This document shows, piece after piece, positions 19,914-30,050 of a stretch of DNA of 64,000 nt. The stretch is from Candidatus Methanoperedens sp. GTDB lineage: Archaea; Halobacteriota; Methanosarcinia; Methanosarcinales; Methanoperedenaceae. Below the pieces are notes generated by a model. That model ran no database searches and was not told where the DNA came from. It saw nothing but the letters and a program-made list of their open reading frames with translations. The translations under genes were made by a program, and so were the position numbers. How positions within the stretch are numbered: the stretch's first letter is position 1; the number at the start of each line of letters is the position of its first letter. The stretch lies in assembly GCA_027460465.1 (NCBI GenBank), contig JAPZAV010000153.1, positions 5,741 to 69,740 of the forward strand. Direction: 5' to 3'.

Positions 19914-20417
19914 TTATTCGTATATCCAGGTTTCGTCTATTCTGGAATAATTTAATATTTCTGAATCCCTGAAGTGGATATTGATTTCCTTTATTGCAGA
20001 TTCTGATGAATCGCTCGCATGGACGACATTACGTCCTGTATCGAGAGCAAAATCCCCGCGGATGGTACCTGTGGCTGCATTGACAGGGTTGGTTGCCCCG
20101 TTAATCCCGCGCATCACAGATACAGCGTTCTTCCCTTCAACAACTATGGACACGGATGGTCCGGAGGTAATGAATTCGATCAATGAACCAAAAAATGGTT
20201 TCTGTGCATGCTCAGCATAGTGCTTGCTTGCCTGCTCCTTTGAGATTGTGTTCATCCTCAGCGCTATGATCTTGAGTCCTCGCCTCTCGATCCTGCTTAT
20301 CACCTCTCCCACAAGCCCGCGCTGAACGCCATCAGGTTTGACCATTACATACGTGCGTTCCAGATCTTGAAAATTCTGAGAAGCTTTTGAGCTTCCGGGA
20401 TCTGACAGAATTTTCAA
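19914..20417 (-). CDS. ndk: Nucleoside diphosphate kinase
   Basis: [31 protein letters not shown]; TTG start behind AAGGTGA gives an 18-aa N-terminal extension. Confidence 0.96.
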   Translation of the reverse strand: MKILSDPGSSKASQNFQDLERTYVMVKPDGVQRGLVGEVISRIERRGLKIIALRMNTISKEQASKHYAEHAQKPFFGSLIEFITSGPSVSIVVEGKNAVSVMRGINGATNPVNAATGTIRGDFALDTGRNVVHASDSSESAIKEINIHFRDSEILNYSRIDETWIYE

Positions 20418-20426
20418 AATATCACC

Positions 20427-20618
20427 TTATTTCGCTTTTCCTCTGACTTTGCGAGAAGCTTCTGCCCATTTGACTTTCCGTGGAATTCTTCCAAGGTCTG
20501 AGTTGTTCTGGCATTTAGATGAACAGAAATAAAAAACAGTTCCATCTTTTCTGGCATAAAGTTTGCCTGTGCCAGGCTCAATGCCGCCTCCGCAGAAAGA
20601 GCATTTCCTTTTTTCCAT
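20427..20618 (-). CDS. rpl24e: 50S ribosomal protein L24e
   Basis: CSFCG.IEPGTG...[10 protein letters not shown]. Confidence 0.96.
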   Translation of the reverse strand: MEKRKCSFCGGGIEPGTGKLYARKDGTVFYFCSSKCQNNSDLGRIPRKVKWAEASRKVRGKAK

Positions 20619-20622
20619 GACT

Positions 20623-20838
20623 TCACCTTGACATTAATTTCTTTGCTTCCCGCGAGGTCTCAAGCAGAATCAGGATATCACCGGCTTTTACAGGTCCAAC
20701 CACATTGCGTGTGATGATCCTTCCCTTATCTCTGCCATCGAGTATCCTGCACGATACCTGCATTGCCTCTCCATGCATCCCTGTCTTTCCTATCACTTCA
20801 ATGACCTCAGCAGGATATCCTGCCTCTTCGTCTGCCAT
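20623..20838 (-). CDS. rps28e: 30S ribosomal protein S28e
   Basis: [19 protein letters not shown]...RNVVGPV..GDIL.LLET. Confidence 0.96.
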   Translation of the reverse strand: MADEEAGYPAEVIEVIGKTGMHGEAMQVSCRILDGRDKGRIITRNVVGPVKAGDILILLETSREAKKLMSR

Positions 20839-20842
20839 ATTC

Positions 20843-21202
20843 TCACTTCTTCAGCGCCAGGACCTTCTGCACCACTTCGTCCACAAGTTCCTTACCCTTT
20901 CCAGGTTCTACTATTGCTGCTGCGCCGCTTCCCACGGTCAATCCGCAGGCTGCTCCGAGCTCGACCTGTTTTTTCACAAAGATGTAAGGGGTGTTCTTTT
21001 CATCGCAAAGCGATGGCATGTGGGCCACGATCTCAGGAGGATTCACGTCCTCGCCTATTAATACAAGTTTTGCGATCCCTCGTTCGATTGCTTTTGTGGT
21101 CTCGTTTGTTCCTTTTCTGATCTTTCCAGTATCCCGTGCCATTTCAAGTGCTTCCAGTGCCTTGTTGGCCAGATCCGCGGGAACTTCAAATTTGATATAC
21201 AT
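20843..21202 (-). CDS. rpl7ae: 50S ribosomal protein L7Ae (start uncertain: ATG 21202, ACG 21211 or GTG 21220)
   Basis: [30 protein letters not shown]. Confidence 0.96.
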   Translation of the reverse strand: MYIKFEVPADLANKALEALEMARDTGKIRKGTNETTKAIERGIAKLVLIGEDVNPPEIVAHMPSLCDEKNTPYIFVKKQVELGAACGLTVGSGAAAIVEPGKGKELVDEVVQKVLALKK

Positions 21203-21225
21203 TTGTGCCGTATTAATCACTTCCT

Positions 21226-21247
21226 TCAGGATTTTTTATCCATCATC
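21226..21247 (-). promoter_or_regulatory. Candidate kink-turn (box C/D-like) in the rpl7ae 5' leader
   Basis: mRNA GAU-GAUGGAU-AAAAA-AUCCUGA: G.A, A.G, U.U then G-C, G-C, A-U, U-A pairs, directly before the GGAAGUGA RBS. Confidence 0.6.
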
Positions 21248-21305
21248 ATTCACTTATCAAAAGTATCGGCGTTCTCTACTGCGTTATGGGGTATATATTT
21301 TGCGC

Positions 21306-22175
21306 TTATGAGTTTTCCTCGCTCAATACCCTGTCCAGGTCAGGTGCTGCTATTTTGACGATGGTGTAGTCTCCGCTCTTTGTGATATTGTATTGCGTGA
21401 AACCATTTTGAGTCATATTGGCTTTACGGTTGTCAAGCTTCATCAGGGTACTTGAGTTTGCACTGAGATACACTGTCGTCCTCTCGTATGTTCCATTGAT
21501 GGTTCTTATTCCCATGTAATACTGTTTTGCAAATCCCACACTGGAATTTACTATCTGGATTGGCGCATGAGGTGCCTTATCGAGGAGTCCTTCATACTTA
21601 TCGTACGAGGTGTTTGTTCTATTCAGGCTGTAGATGATATTCAGGGTATCTATCGCTGTCTGCGGCGGGGCAAGAATAACTGGAGTTCCCATCACATTGA
21701 AAAACCCATTGAGATCCGTCCTCTGGAGAATCGGAATATCAAAATCCGGCCGTGTAAAATATTCAAAATCATTCTTCTCAGGATACATCGTGCTCAGGAG
21801 AAGGAACGACTCATTTTTATCTTTCCTGAGGTCTGCATAATACATCTTTGTGGTGTTCGATTTGTAGATCGTGTCCACCTCTTTGATGAGACTAAATTCC
21901 TGCCTTGCCACCTTGGCCATCTGCGGCGTCATGCTTTCAAGGTCTACATAACTGGCATATTCCGCACCCACAGGCGTCAGGTTCAGAGCATCAGATATTG
22001 AATCGAAAGGCTGCCTTACAATCCAGAATTCAGGATTATACTTATTTTGTTGAGTATCAGATGTCTGTTCCCTATCACTCACCGGGCCTGAGAAAAAATA
22101 AGCAAATATGGAGAATACCATGGTTAAGGCCAGAAAAGCCGCAATGATTATTTTGGACGTATCCTGTCGTTTCAT
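21306..22175 (-). CDS. Hypothetical membrane-anchored protein
   Basis: Basic N-terminus, one hydrophobic helix, Asn/Thr-rich extracellular domain. Confidence 0.75.
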   Translation of the reverse strand: MKRQDTSKIIIAAFLALTMVFSIFAYFFSGPVSDREQTSDTQQNKYNPEFWIVRQPFDSISDALNLTPVGAEYASYVDLESMTPQMAKVARQEFSLIKEVDTIYKSNTTKMYYADLRKDKNESFLLLSTMYPEKNDFEYFTRPDFDIPILQRTDLNGFFNVMGTPVILAPPQTAIDTLNIIYSLNRTNTSYDKYEGLLDKAPHAPIQIVNSSVGFAKQYYMGIRTINGTYERTTVYLSANSSTLMKLDNRKANMTQNGFTQYNITKSGDYTIVKIAAPDLDRVLSEENS

Positions 22176-22265
22176 GCACCCTTCTATTATTTTTCTCGTA
22201 TTAAAACATCACGCAACTTTTATATATAATGTACGCATTTAGACATTAATGCACAAAGTTGTACA

Positions 22266-23130
22266 GTGATGATAATGAAAGAATATATACAGAAACTTAT
22301 ACAGAACCAGGATCTCACATCTGAAGAGGCAGAGGATGCGATATCCAGGATTTTCACAGACGCTTCTGATGCGCAGATAGCAGCTTTTTTAACAGCACTG
22401 AAGATCAAAGGTGAAGCGCCTGAGGAGATCGCAGGACTTGCACGCGGCATGAAAAAAGCCGCAAATACCATAAAACCGAAAGTCAGAGGAACACTTGTGG
22501 ACACCTGCGGGACTAAAGACCATCGAGAGAGCTGGAATAGGATTCATGCTCGCCCCGGTTTTTCATCCTTCGATGAAACGTGTGGCTCAGATCAGACGCG
22601 ACCTGGGTTTTCGAACAGTGTTCAATATCCTGGGTCCTCTCACCAATCCTGCAGGCGCAGAGGCGCAGGTGATAGGTGTTTTTGACAGCTCACTGTGTGA
22701 GCCGATGGCAAACGTTCTGAACATCCTGGGAACAAAAAGAGCGCTTGTGGTGCATGGCAGCGGCATGGACGAGATATCGAACATTGGAGAGACGCAGGTC
22801 GCTGAACTCAATGGCGGAAGAATAACAAAATATTCTCTCACTCCAGAGAAGCTCGGTGTGAATCGTGCCACCATCGGGGATGTGGCAGGCGGTACACCTG
22901 AAGAGAACGCAAAGCATCTGGTGGATGTGCTGAAAGGGAAAAAAGGAGCAAAGCGGGATATCATTGCAATCAATGCAGGTGCTGCACTGCTTGTAGGCGG
23001 GAAAGCGGAATCGCTATCTTCCGGTATAACGATGGCGAACCAGTGCATTGACAGCGGTCTTGCCATCAACAAGCTGAAAGAGTTTGTGGAAGTTGCCGGC
23101 GAACCAGAGAAGCTTGCGCGATTTCTGTGA
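22266..23130 (+). pseudogene. trpD: Anthranilate phosphoribosyltransferase with internal deletion and frameshift at about 22514
   Basis: N-part ends LVDTCGT and joins KTIERAGIGFMLAP in another frame; GGD, NIST, KHGN and SGSAD segments absent. Confidence 0.85.
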
Positions 23131-23140
23131 ATGAGAATAA

Positions 23141-23791
23141 ATGAAAGTAAAGATATGCGGGATCAGGAACGGTACTGAACTTGCCATGGCATTGAATGCT
23201 GGAGCAGATGCAGTCGGGTTCATTACCGAAGTACCGGTTGATTCCCCCAGGAAAATAAGCCTTGTTGAAGCCGCGATGTTGATCTCAAGAGTTCCAGTAT
23301 TCGTGACCTCTGTGCTCGTCATCATGCCTGAGAACGCTGAGCAGGCGATCAGCATGATACAGACCTCAGCACCTGCTGCTGTCCAGATACACAGCGATCT
23401 GAAGACCAGGGAACTTGCGAAGATCAAAGAAACAGGTGTAAAGCTCATAAAGACGATCCCGGTGTCCCCGCATTCAGAGCTTGAAACGCTCCTGAAGAAG
23501 GCAGGGGAACTTTCCGGGATAGCTGACGCCATTCTTCTGGATACAGCGATGGATGGAAAGTCAGGAGGAACCGGTGTACCGCATAACTGGGAGATCAGTT
23601 CTCAGTTCGTTCTCAAAGCAGGCATGCCTGTGATACTTGCAGGAGGATTGAATCCTGAAAATGTGAGCTATGCTGTGAAGAGCGTGAAACCTTATGCTGT
23701 GGATACAGCCTCTGGAGTTGAGACCGATGGGAGAAAAGACCAGAAAAAAATCGTCACTTTTATCAGGAACGCGAGACTGCATGAAATTTGA
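23141..23791 (+). CDS. trpF: Phosphoribosylanthranilate isomerase
   Basis: VKICGI, GADAVGF, LLDT, GGTG..HNW, LAGGLNPENV, VDTASGVE. Confidence 0.95.
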   Translation: MKVKICGIRNGTELAMALNAGADAVGFITEVPVDSPRKISLVEAAMLISRVPVFVTSVLVIMPENAEQAISMIQTSAPAAVQIHSDLKTRELAKIKETGVKLIKTIPVSPHSELETLLKKAGELSGIADAILLDTAMDGKSGGTGVPHNWEISSQFVLKAGMPVILAGGLNPENVSYAVKSVKPYAVDTASGVETDGRKDQKKIVTFIRNARLHEI

Positions 23792-25313
23792 TATCAGCGA
23801 GAAAAAGTTCCAGAGCCTTGCAGAAGAAAAGCCTGTGATGATACAGTTGATGGCGAAAGTAAATACAGCGTGCTCACCGCTTGAGCTTTATTCTTCGCTG
23901 GATAAAAAATGCGCATACCTCCTTGAATCAGTGGAGAAAGAGAAAAGGCACGCCAGATTTTCGTTCGTGGGAGCAGATCCTGACGCAGTGGTGACGATCA
24001 AGAACCGCATGGTTTCTCTTGATTATCAGAAAAGGACAGGTCTGATCAAGTTCATCGAGTCCTCCCTTTCTGAAGTCTGCAATTTTGATCCAGGCGGCAG
24101 GAAAGGCAGGCTCAGAGATGGTTATGATACCATGGATGCGCTGAGATCAGCTTTTGCTGCTTCAGGCGTGAAATTCGTAGGAAAGGGTTTTGACAGGCAG
24201 ACTTTCATGGGAGGAGCGATTGGTTTTTGCGCCTATGATATGGTGTACGACTGCTGGCTGGAGATCCCTGCAAAAGAAAGCCAGGTTCCCGATGCCCAGT
24301 TCGCGCTCACCACAAAGACAGCGGTCTTTGATCATATGACCGGGGAAACGTACATTGTCATGACCCCGCTGGTTGCAGGCGGTGATGACGCAAGAGAGGT
24401 GTACCGGGCTGCTGAAGAGGAAGCAGAGAGACTTGCATATATAATGGAGTCTGCCAGACCGTGCATAGCAGAGAAAAAAAGACCTGTGCAGATAATATGC
24501 AACATGGAAAAAAATGAATATGAGGATGCGGTCAGGATAGCAAAGAAGCACATAGTCGATGGCGATATTTTCCAGGTCGTGCTCTCACGCAGATATGAGA
24601 TAACCACGGATCAGACCCCTGTTGAACTTTACACAGTGCTCAGGAGCGTCAATCCAAGCCCCTATATGTACCTGTTCGAGTTCAACGGCACAGGCATCAT
24701 TGGCGCAAGCCCGGAAACCCTGCTTTCGGTTCATGACAGGAAGGTGATAATCAATCCGATCGCAGGCACATGTCCCAGGGGAAAAACACAGGAAGAGGAC
24801 GAAACATTCGCAAAAGAGATGCTCGGGAGCGAGAAAGAGAGAGCCGAGCATGTGATGCTCGTGGACCTGGGGCGCAACGACGTGAGGATGGTCTCGGAAG
24901 GGGGATCAGTTAAAGTGGAGGATTTCATGTCAGTGCTCAAATATTCACACGTGCAGCATATCGAAAGTACCGTATCTGGCATGCTTCGTGAAGAATGCGA
25001 CCAGTTCGATGCCACGCGTGCCATCTTTCCAGCAGGCACGCTCACAGGTGCGCCCAAGATAAGAGCCATGGAGATCATTCACGACCTTGAGAAAGATGCA
25101 CGGGGTATCTATGGCGGAGGGGTTGGCTACTACTCCTGGAACGGAGATGCGGATTTTGCGATCGTGATCAGGACGATAATCAAGAACGGCAGGAAGGCTG
25201 TCGTGCAGGCTGGCGCAGGGATAGTGGCTGATTCTGACCCTGAATACGAGTACAATGAGACAGAGCGCAAGATGGCTGCGATGATAAAGGCGATCGGAGG
25301 TCATCAAACATGA
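23781..25313 (+). CDS. trpE: Anthranilate synthase component I
   Basis: LLESVE, GDIFQVVLS, NPSPYMY, PIAGT, KERAEHVMLVDLGRND, GAPKIRAMEII. Confidence 0.96.
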   Translation: MKFDISEKKFQSLAEEKPVMIQLMAKVNTACSPLELYSSLDKKCAYLLESVEKEKRHARFSFVGADPDAVVTIKNRMVSLDYQKRTGLIKFIESSLSEVCNFDPGGRKGRLRDGYDTMDALRSAFAASGVKFVGKGFDRQTFMGGAIGFCAYDMVYDCWLEIPAKESQVPDAQFALTTKTAVFDHMTGETYIVMTPLVAGGDDAREVYRAAEEEAERLAYIMESARPCIAEKKRPVQIICNMEKNEYEDAVRIAKKHIVDGDIFQVVLSRRYEITTDQTPVELYTVLRSVNPSPYMYLFEFNGTGIIGASPETLLSVHDRKVIINPIAGTCPRGKTQEEDETFAKEMLGSEKERAEHVMLVDLGRNDVRMVSEGGSVKVEDFMSVLKYSHVQHIESTVSGMLREECDQFDATRAIFPAGTLTGAPKIRAMEIIHDLEKDARGIYGGGVGYYSWNGDADFAIVIRTIIKNGRKAVVQAGAGIVADSDPEYEYNETERKMAAMIKAIGGHQT

Positions 25314-25882
25314 AAATCATGTTCGTTAACAACAGGGACTCCTTTGTCTGGAACCTTGTGGATTATGTCTCTATATTCGAGCCTGATACTGTTGTGGTCC
25401 AGAACACGATCTCGCTGAAAGAGGTAAATGACCTTGATCCTGATGCCATAGTGATCTCACCCGGACCAGGGCATCCTGCGAATCCCATGGATATCGGAAC
25501 CTGTCTTGAGATCATCAGGGAATCAAGTGCTCCTCTTCTCGGAATATGCCTCGGTCATCAGGCAATAGCGGTTGCTTTCGGAGGTGAGGTTGATCATTCT
25601 CCTTCTGGACCCCTGCACGGGAAGACCTCTATTATAAACCACAGCGGAAACAGCATATACAGAGGACTGCCCAATCCTCTTGTGGGAGGGAGGTACCATT
25701 CCCTTGCGATAACAAAGCTTCCGCCAGAACTTGAGGTCACAGCCAGGACAGACGACGGCATCATAATGGGAATAAAGCACAGGCAAAGACCTGTATTCGG
25801 TCTGCAGTTCCATCCTGAGTCCGTGCTTACTCCGCACGGGCTGAAGATAATCGAGAACTTCCTGAGGCTAGCGAAACTTTAA
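25310..25882 (+). CDS. trpG: Anthranilate synthase component II (glutamine amidotransferase)
   Basis: SPGPGHP, LGICLGHQ, GRYHSL, GLQFHPES. Confidence 0.95.
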   Translation: MKIMFVNNRDSFVWNLVDYVSIFEPDTVVVQNTISLKEVNDLDPDAIVISPGPGHPANPMDIGTCLEIIRESSAPLLGICLGHQAIAVAFGGEVDHSPSGPLHGKTSIINHSGNSIYRGLPNPLVGGRYHSLAITKLPPELEVTARTDDGIIMGIKHRQRPVFGLQFHPESVLTPHGLKIIENFLRLAKL

Positions 25883-25934
25883 ATAACATTCAAAGCATAC
25901 AAAAGAATGTTTTTTATGATGAGATAGATAGATT

Positions 25935-26837
25935 ATGAAAAATGGTAGAGTTCCAACGGGGATATATGGTCTGGATGACCTGATGGATGGAGGCTTTAGG
26001 GAGAATACCATCAATATAGTTTATGGAGGAACAGGAGTTGGGAAAACCACCTTTGGATTGCAGTTTTCTCTTTTCGGTCTTGATCGTGGAGAAAAAGTTC
26101 TATATGTTTCATTTGAGATGTCTGAACAACAAATCATCCGCGATTGCATTGATATGGGATGGAAAGTGATAAAAGATTATATTGATGAAGGAAATTTAAA
26201 AATTATCCATATTTTTGGAGAAGATCTCACTTTCCCCTCTCTAGATATTGCTGAAATGATAAAAAAACCCTTCTCCGGCAATAATCACAGGATTGTGATA
26301 GATCCATTTACGTATCCTACATTTTATTCAGATAAGGAAAAACGGAAATCCTTGAGTATAATATTCCAGGAGTTGCGAAAACTTGGAACATCCGTAATCA
26401 TGTTGGAAGAACTTGCAAATGGTACATCGGGATGTGGGATGGGCTCAATAGAAGCGCCATACCTGAACGTTCCATCTATGCCGTTGTATTTATCGGATAC
26501 TGTGATTTTCTTGCAGAACCTGGGTTTTGGTGAAATGTATGACAGAACATTGAGGATAATGAAGCACAGGGGATCAAAACATGGTGAGGGGCTTTATTCA
26601 TATTCTATTGAAACAGGGTTGGGAATAGTGGTCAGAGCATCGGAAAAACAGGTAGAGCGTGTGAAACCAAAGATCAAATATGATAACCAATTCAAAGAGG
26701 CGCTTTCAAAAGCAAAAGCAATGGGAGTATTAGGAGAAAAGTTATCACAAAGGATTGATAAATTGAGGAAAAACTGGATACATGATGAAGATCCTTCAGA
26801 AATTCTCAAGCTAATTTTAAAAGAAGGATACCAGTGA
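25935..26837 (+). CDS. KaiC-like/RAD55 RecA-superfamily ATPase
   Basis: RVPTGIYGLDDLMDGG, GGTGVGKTT Walker A, RTLRIMKHRGSKH. Confidence 0.88.
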   Translation: MKNGRVPTGIYGLDDLMDGGFRENTINIVYGGTGVGKTTFGLQFSLFGLDRGEKVLYVSFEMSEQQIIRDCIDMGWKVIKDYIDEGNLKIIHIFGEDLTFPSLDIAEMIKKPFSGNNHRIVIDPFTYPTFYSDKEKRKSLSIIFQELRKLGTSVIMLEELANGTSGCGMGSIEAPYLNVPSMPLYLSDTVIFLQNLGFGEMYDRTLRIMKHRGSKHGEGLYSYSIETGLGIVVRASEKQVERVKPKIKYDNQFKEALSKAKAMGVLGEKLSQRIDKLRKNWIHDEDPSEILKLILKEGYQ

Positions 26838-27196
26838 CCATGGTAAAAGGAATTGAAGATATACTTGATGAGCTTTATGAGATTGAAGGAATGGAAGCAT
26901 GTATACTCTATCGGATTGATGGAATGCCTATAGCCATCAGAGTTCTTGGATATAAAGAGCATCTTTTAGAAACCATATTCTGGCTTGGAAAGCATGTAAA
27001 GCATGTACTGGGTGAAATGAACAGGGACGGCTTAAGAGAAACTATTTTCTATTTCAGGAATAACCGAATTCTGATAACCCCCTCATCAAAATCTACTGTG
27101 CTGGTTGCGATTGCAACAGTAGAAGCAAATCAACAACTTGTTTCCCTGGAGACATTGCGTGCAGCAAAGACTATTTATAACTATTCAATTAAATAG
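26834..27196 (+). CDS. Roadblock/LC7-family protein
   Basis: IEGMEACILYRIDGMPI alpha-beta-beta pattern, 120 aa; GTGA overlap with ATPase. Confidence 0.7.
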   Translation: MTMVKGIEDILDELYEIEGMEACILYRIDGMPIAIRVLGYKEHLLETIFWLGKHVKHVLGEMNRDGLRETIFYFRNNRILITPSSKSTVLVAIATVEANQQLVSLETLRAAKTIYNYSIK

Positions 27197-27294
27197 ACTA
27201 AATGTATAATATATAAAAATGAGATAAATTTAGATCTTTGCAGTATCTCAAATCTTAGATCAAGTATAGCGAAATATTGAAAGGATGAGGTGAT

Positions 27295-28668
27295 GTGATG
27301 GAATCGATTGCTTTATTCAGTAATAAAAAGGATCATCATCATGCTGCATTTGATTTAATTGAACAAGCAAGAAAGTGCCTGGATTTTAAGCCTGACCTTG
27401 TTTTATTCTATGCCACACTTAAATATAATGGAAATTATCAATCCATGCTGGATATAATTGGAGACGAGTACGCTGACATACCACAAATAGGTGCCTCAGT
27501 AGATGGTATGATTTTTCCAGAGGACATAAGATTGGATGGCGCTGCGCTTGTCCTGTGTAAAGACCCGGAGGCAAAAATCAGTGTTAAGGGTATAAAAGAA
27601 AAAGGTTCTATTAATTCTGCAGAAAAACTTGCTCAAAAAATCAAATGCGAAAAAGGTGTGGTGTTTTTACATTTTCCATTAGTTCATGTCCCGAATCCAA
27701 TAAAATCTGTTCAATTTTGTGTAAAAGGATTCTATTATAGTAATCGCTGCAAAACCACGAACCCAAAAAAACAGAAAGAATATGCCGGGAGATTTTCAGA
27801 TTACTGCGATAGAGAACATATATTCTACTTGCCCCCTGATATAATTGAGATTTTTGCTAAAAATACGGATTATAAGATTCCGATTATTGGAATGAATGTG
27901 CTACATACCCAGGCAAGGTTTAAATCCCCTAATATTTTCTGCAATTTTAAAGATATCGAAGATGGTATTGCTGCGCTAATAATTGAGAAAGAGAATTTGG
28001 ATGCTGCGTATGATGATATTTTTCCTGATAAAGGGAGAACTCTCGAAGAGACAGTGAATATTGTACGCAACGAATTTACTGTTGTTAAGGAATTTAAAGC
28101 AACATTTGAAAAAAATATACTGATCATGCTTGACGGTCTGCCTCCTATGGAAGCAGTAAGAAATCTTATAAATGTGAAAAAAGAAGACAAAGATGACTTA
28201 ATGAACCGTATGAATAAAGGAAATTTTCAGGTTCAAATGCCTTATATGCTCGTATTTTTTAATAAGAAATACAATGGAATGGTGCATACAGGCTTTGGAT
28301 CTTATTACCCGTTTGATCTGTATCCATTTTTCACAGACGTTTCAAACTGCGATGAACAAGTTTTTCTTGCCTATGAATTCATAAATGGTAAATTTGGAAA
28401 GTTTATTTCAAGCTTAAGACAGACTAAAAACCAAGAAAAATTTAAATTATTTTCTCTTGATGTTGCAACATTGCAAGCTTTTGGCAATAAGGTCTTTGAT
28501 TATTCCGATGAAATTAAGAAAATCGCAGAGCGAAATTATTTTGGGATCATAACGGTAGCTCCTTCAATATACTTACCAAAATATTTACAGAGTCGAGATT
28601 ATATCACCAAAGCGGGACCTGATATATTTTACACTTCCGCAGGTACAAACGTTTGTCTGGAAATCTAA
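27295..28668 (+). CDS. Hypothetical protein with FIST-like N-terminal sensory domain
   Basis: KPDLVLFYAT...IPQIGASVDGMI...GAALVL resembles FIST_N. Confidence 0.55.
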   Translation: MMESIALFSNKKDHHHAAFDLIEQARKCLDFKPDLVLFYATLKYNGNYQSMLDIIGDEYADIPQIGASVDGMIFPEDIRLDGAALVLCKDPEAKISVKGIKEKGSINSAEKLAQKIKCEKGVVFLHFPLVHVPNPIKSVQFCVKGFYYSNRCKTTNPKKQKEYAGRFSDYCDREHIFYLPPDIIEIFAKNTDYKIPIIGMNVLHTQARFKSPNIFCNFKDIEDGIAALIIEKENLDAAYDDIFPDKGRTLEETVNIVRNEFTVVKEFKATFEKNILIMLDGLPPMEAVRNLINVKKEDKDDLMNRMNKGNFQVQMPYMLVFFNKKYNGMVHTGFGSYYPFDLYPFFTDVSNCDEQVFLAYEFINGKFGKFISSLRQTKNQEKFKLFSLDVATLQAFGNKVFDYSDEIKKIAERNYFGIITVAPSIYLPKYLQSRDYITKAGPDIFYTSAGTNVCLEI

Positions 28669-29492
28669 ATGAAAGCTCCTATTCCCAGAAGTATCACAGA
28701 GATATAGGTTGATTTCATCATTATTTGGATCGATTTAATATCTTTGACTTCCAGTTCCCAGCATTTTTTATGAAAATAAAAAAAAGTATCTTTAATAAAC
28801 CAGATAAATGGTATTATAACTAATAGCATACCAAGCTTTAGAATTTTCAAAGAGATTAAATCTAATATTGTGAAATAATATAATATTAGAAAAATAGATG
28901 ATGCCTGCAGGAGTTTTGATGGAGTAAATATTACCCCAAGGGTTCGCAAACCCGCTTTTCGATCCCCGGAGATATCCTTAATGTCTTTTAATAGTACACC
29001 TGATATTCCAAGAAAAGAAAAGGCTAAAGCAACTGCAATGCCCTGATAATTGAGGTCTGAATATATGAGCCATATACTTAAAGTGTAAGATGGGCATGCA
29101 ATTCCGTATGTAATTATTTCACCAAAATAATGAGTTTTTAACCTGAAGCCAAAGATTTTACGTAGAAAAATGCTATCTGAGTACCACCACGTAATTATCG
29201 ACCATGGCAAAAAGAAGTAGTATATTGGTTTTTTGAGTAGTATAGATAAATATAGAACAGATATAATAGAGATTATATACAGAGCCATTGATAAAACCAC
29301 TGTGGTTTTATAAGAGACATAATTTTGTGTCAATACGGTTTTTTTTCCCTGGGCAATATCTTCATTAACATCATTTGAGTGGTTCCATAAATTTGATGCA
29401 AAACTGGAAATAATTGAAACTACAATACCCATTATTAGTATGTGATGAGAAGAGAATAATTTTGAAGAATCATATGAGATAGTATAAAGCAT
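28665..29492 (-). CDS. UbiA-family prenyltransferase (5' end possibly frameshifted)
   Basis: NHSNDVNED and DIKDISGDRKAG Asp-rich motifs, multiple TM helices. Confidence 0.8.
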   Translation of the reverse strand: MLYTISYDSSKLFSSHHILIMGIVVSIISSFASNLWNHSNDVNEDIAQGKKTVLTQNYVSYKTTVVLSMALYIISIISVLYLSILLKKPIYYFFLPWSIITWWYSDSIFLRKIFGFRLKTHYFGEIITYGIACPSYTLSIWLIYSDLNYQGIAVALAFSFLGISGVLLKDIKDISGDRKAGLRTLGVIFTPSKLLQASSIFLILYYFTILDLISLKILKLGMLLVIIPFIWFIKDTFFYFHKKCWELEVKDIKSIQIMMKSTYISVILLGIGAFI

Positions 29493-29837
29493 GACTGCAA
29501 AGAATGGAAATGGAGAAAGAATTGAAACGGGGGTATAGCAGAGTTTTATTATTCCTGTAGCTTGCCTGAAAAGATGAAATGGAGGGACTAAGGTGAAAAT
29601 AGTTTTACATCCCTGAATATTTTCTCAGCTACCTTCTCTTCTTCTTTTCTTCTCGATTCCTTTTTTTGTTTCTTCATATCTTTGCCTCCTTTATTTCGAC
29701 CTTTAGGATAATCCATCTGATGCAAGTAAATAATATATAGCATTAGTAAATATTGTTAAGAAATAATATTAAGAAAAGCAGTTAAGAAATTATGATTCTT
29801 ATTATTATTTATACTCGGTCTGTTATTATGAATTCAT

Positions 29838-30050
29838 ATGTCAAAATTTGGGGAAACTATAGACAAAATCCTAGAACTTCTCTATGAAGAACAGATAAAC
29901 ACCGTATATGAACTTGAAAAAAAGGTTAAAATAACCGATACTGCTATTCTTGATTTTATGAGAGACGCAGGACTGATTGAATTGAATATGCAATCCTTAA
30001 GGATTACAGAATCAGCAGCGGAGCTTCTAGTTGCAGAGTTATTTCCCTAG
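29838..30050 (+). CDS. Small winged-helix-like hypothetical protein
   Basis: ILELL...ELEKKV...LDFMRDAGLIE pattern. Confidence 0.5.
   Translation: MSKFGETIDKILELLYEEQINTVYELEKKVKITDTAILDFMRDAGLIELNMQSLRITESAAELLVAELFP

Noticed and set aside
22495-22685. Programmed frameshift joining the two trpD ORFs
   Set aside because: No slippery sequence at the junction and about 50 essential codons are physically absent.
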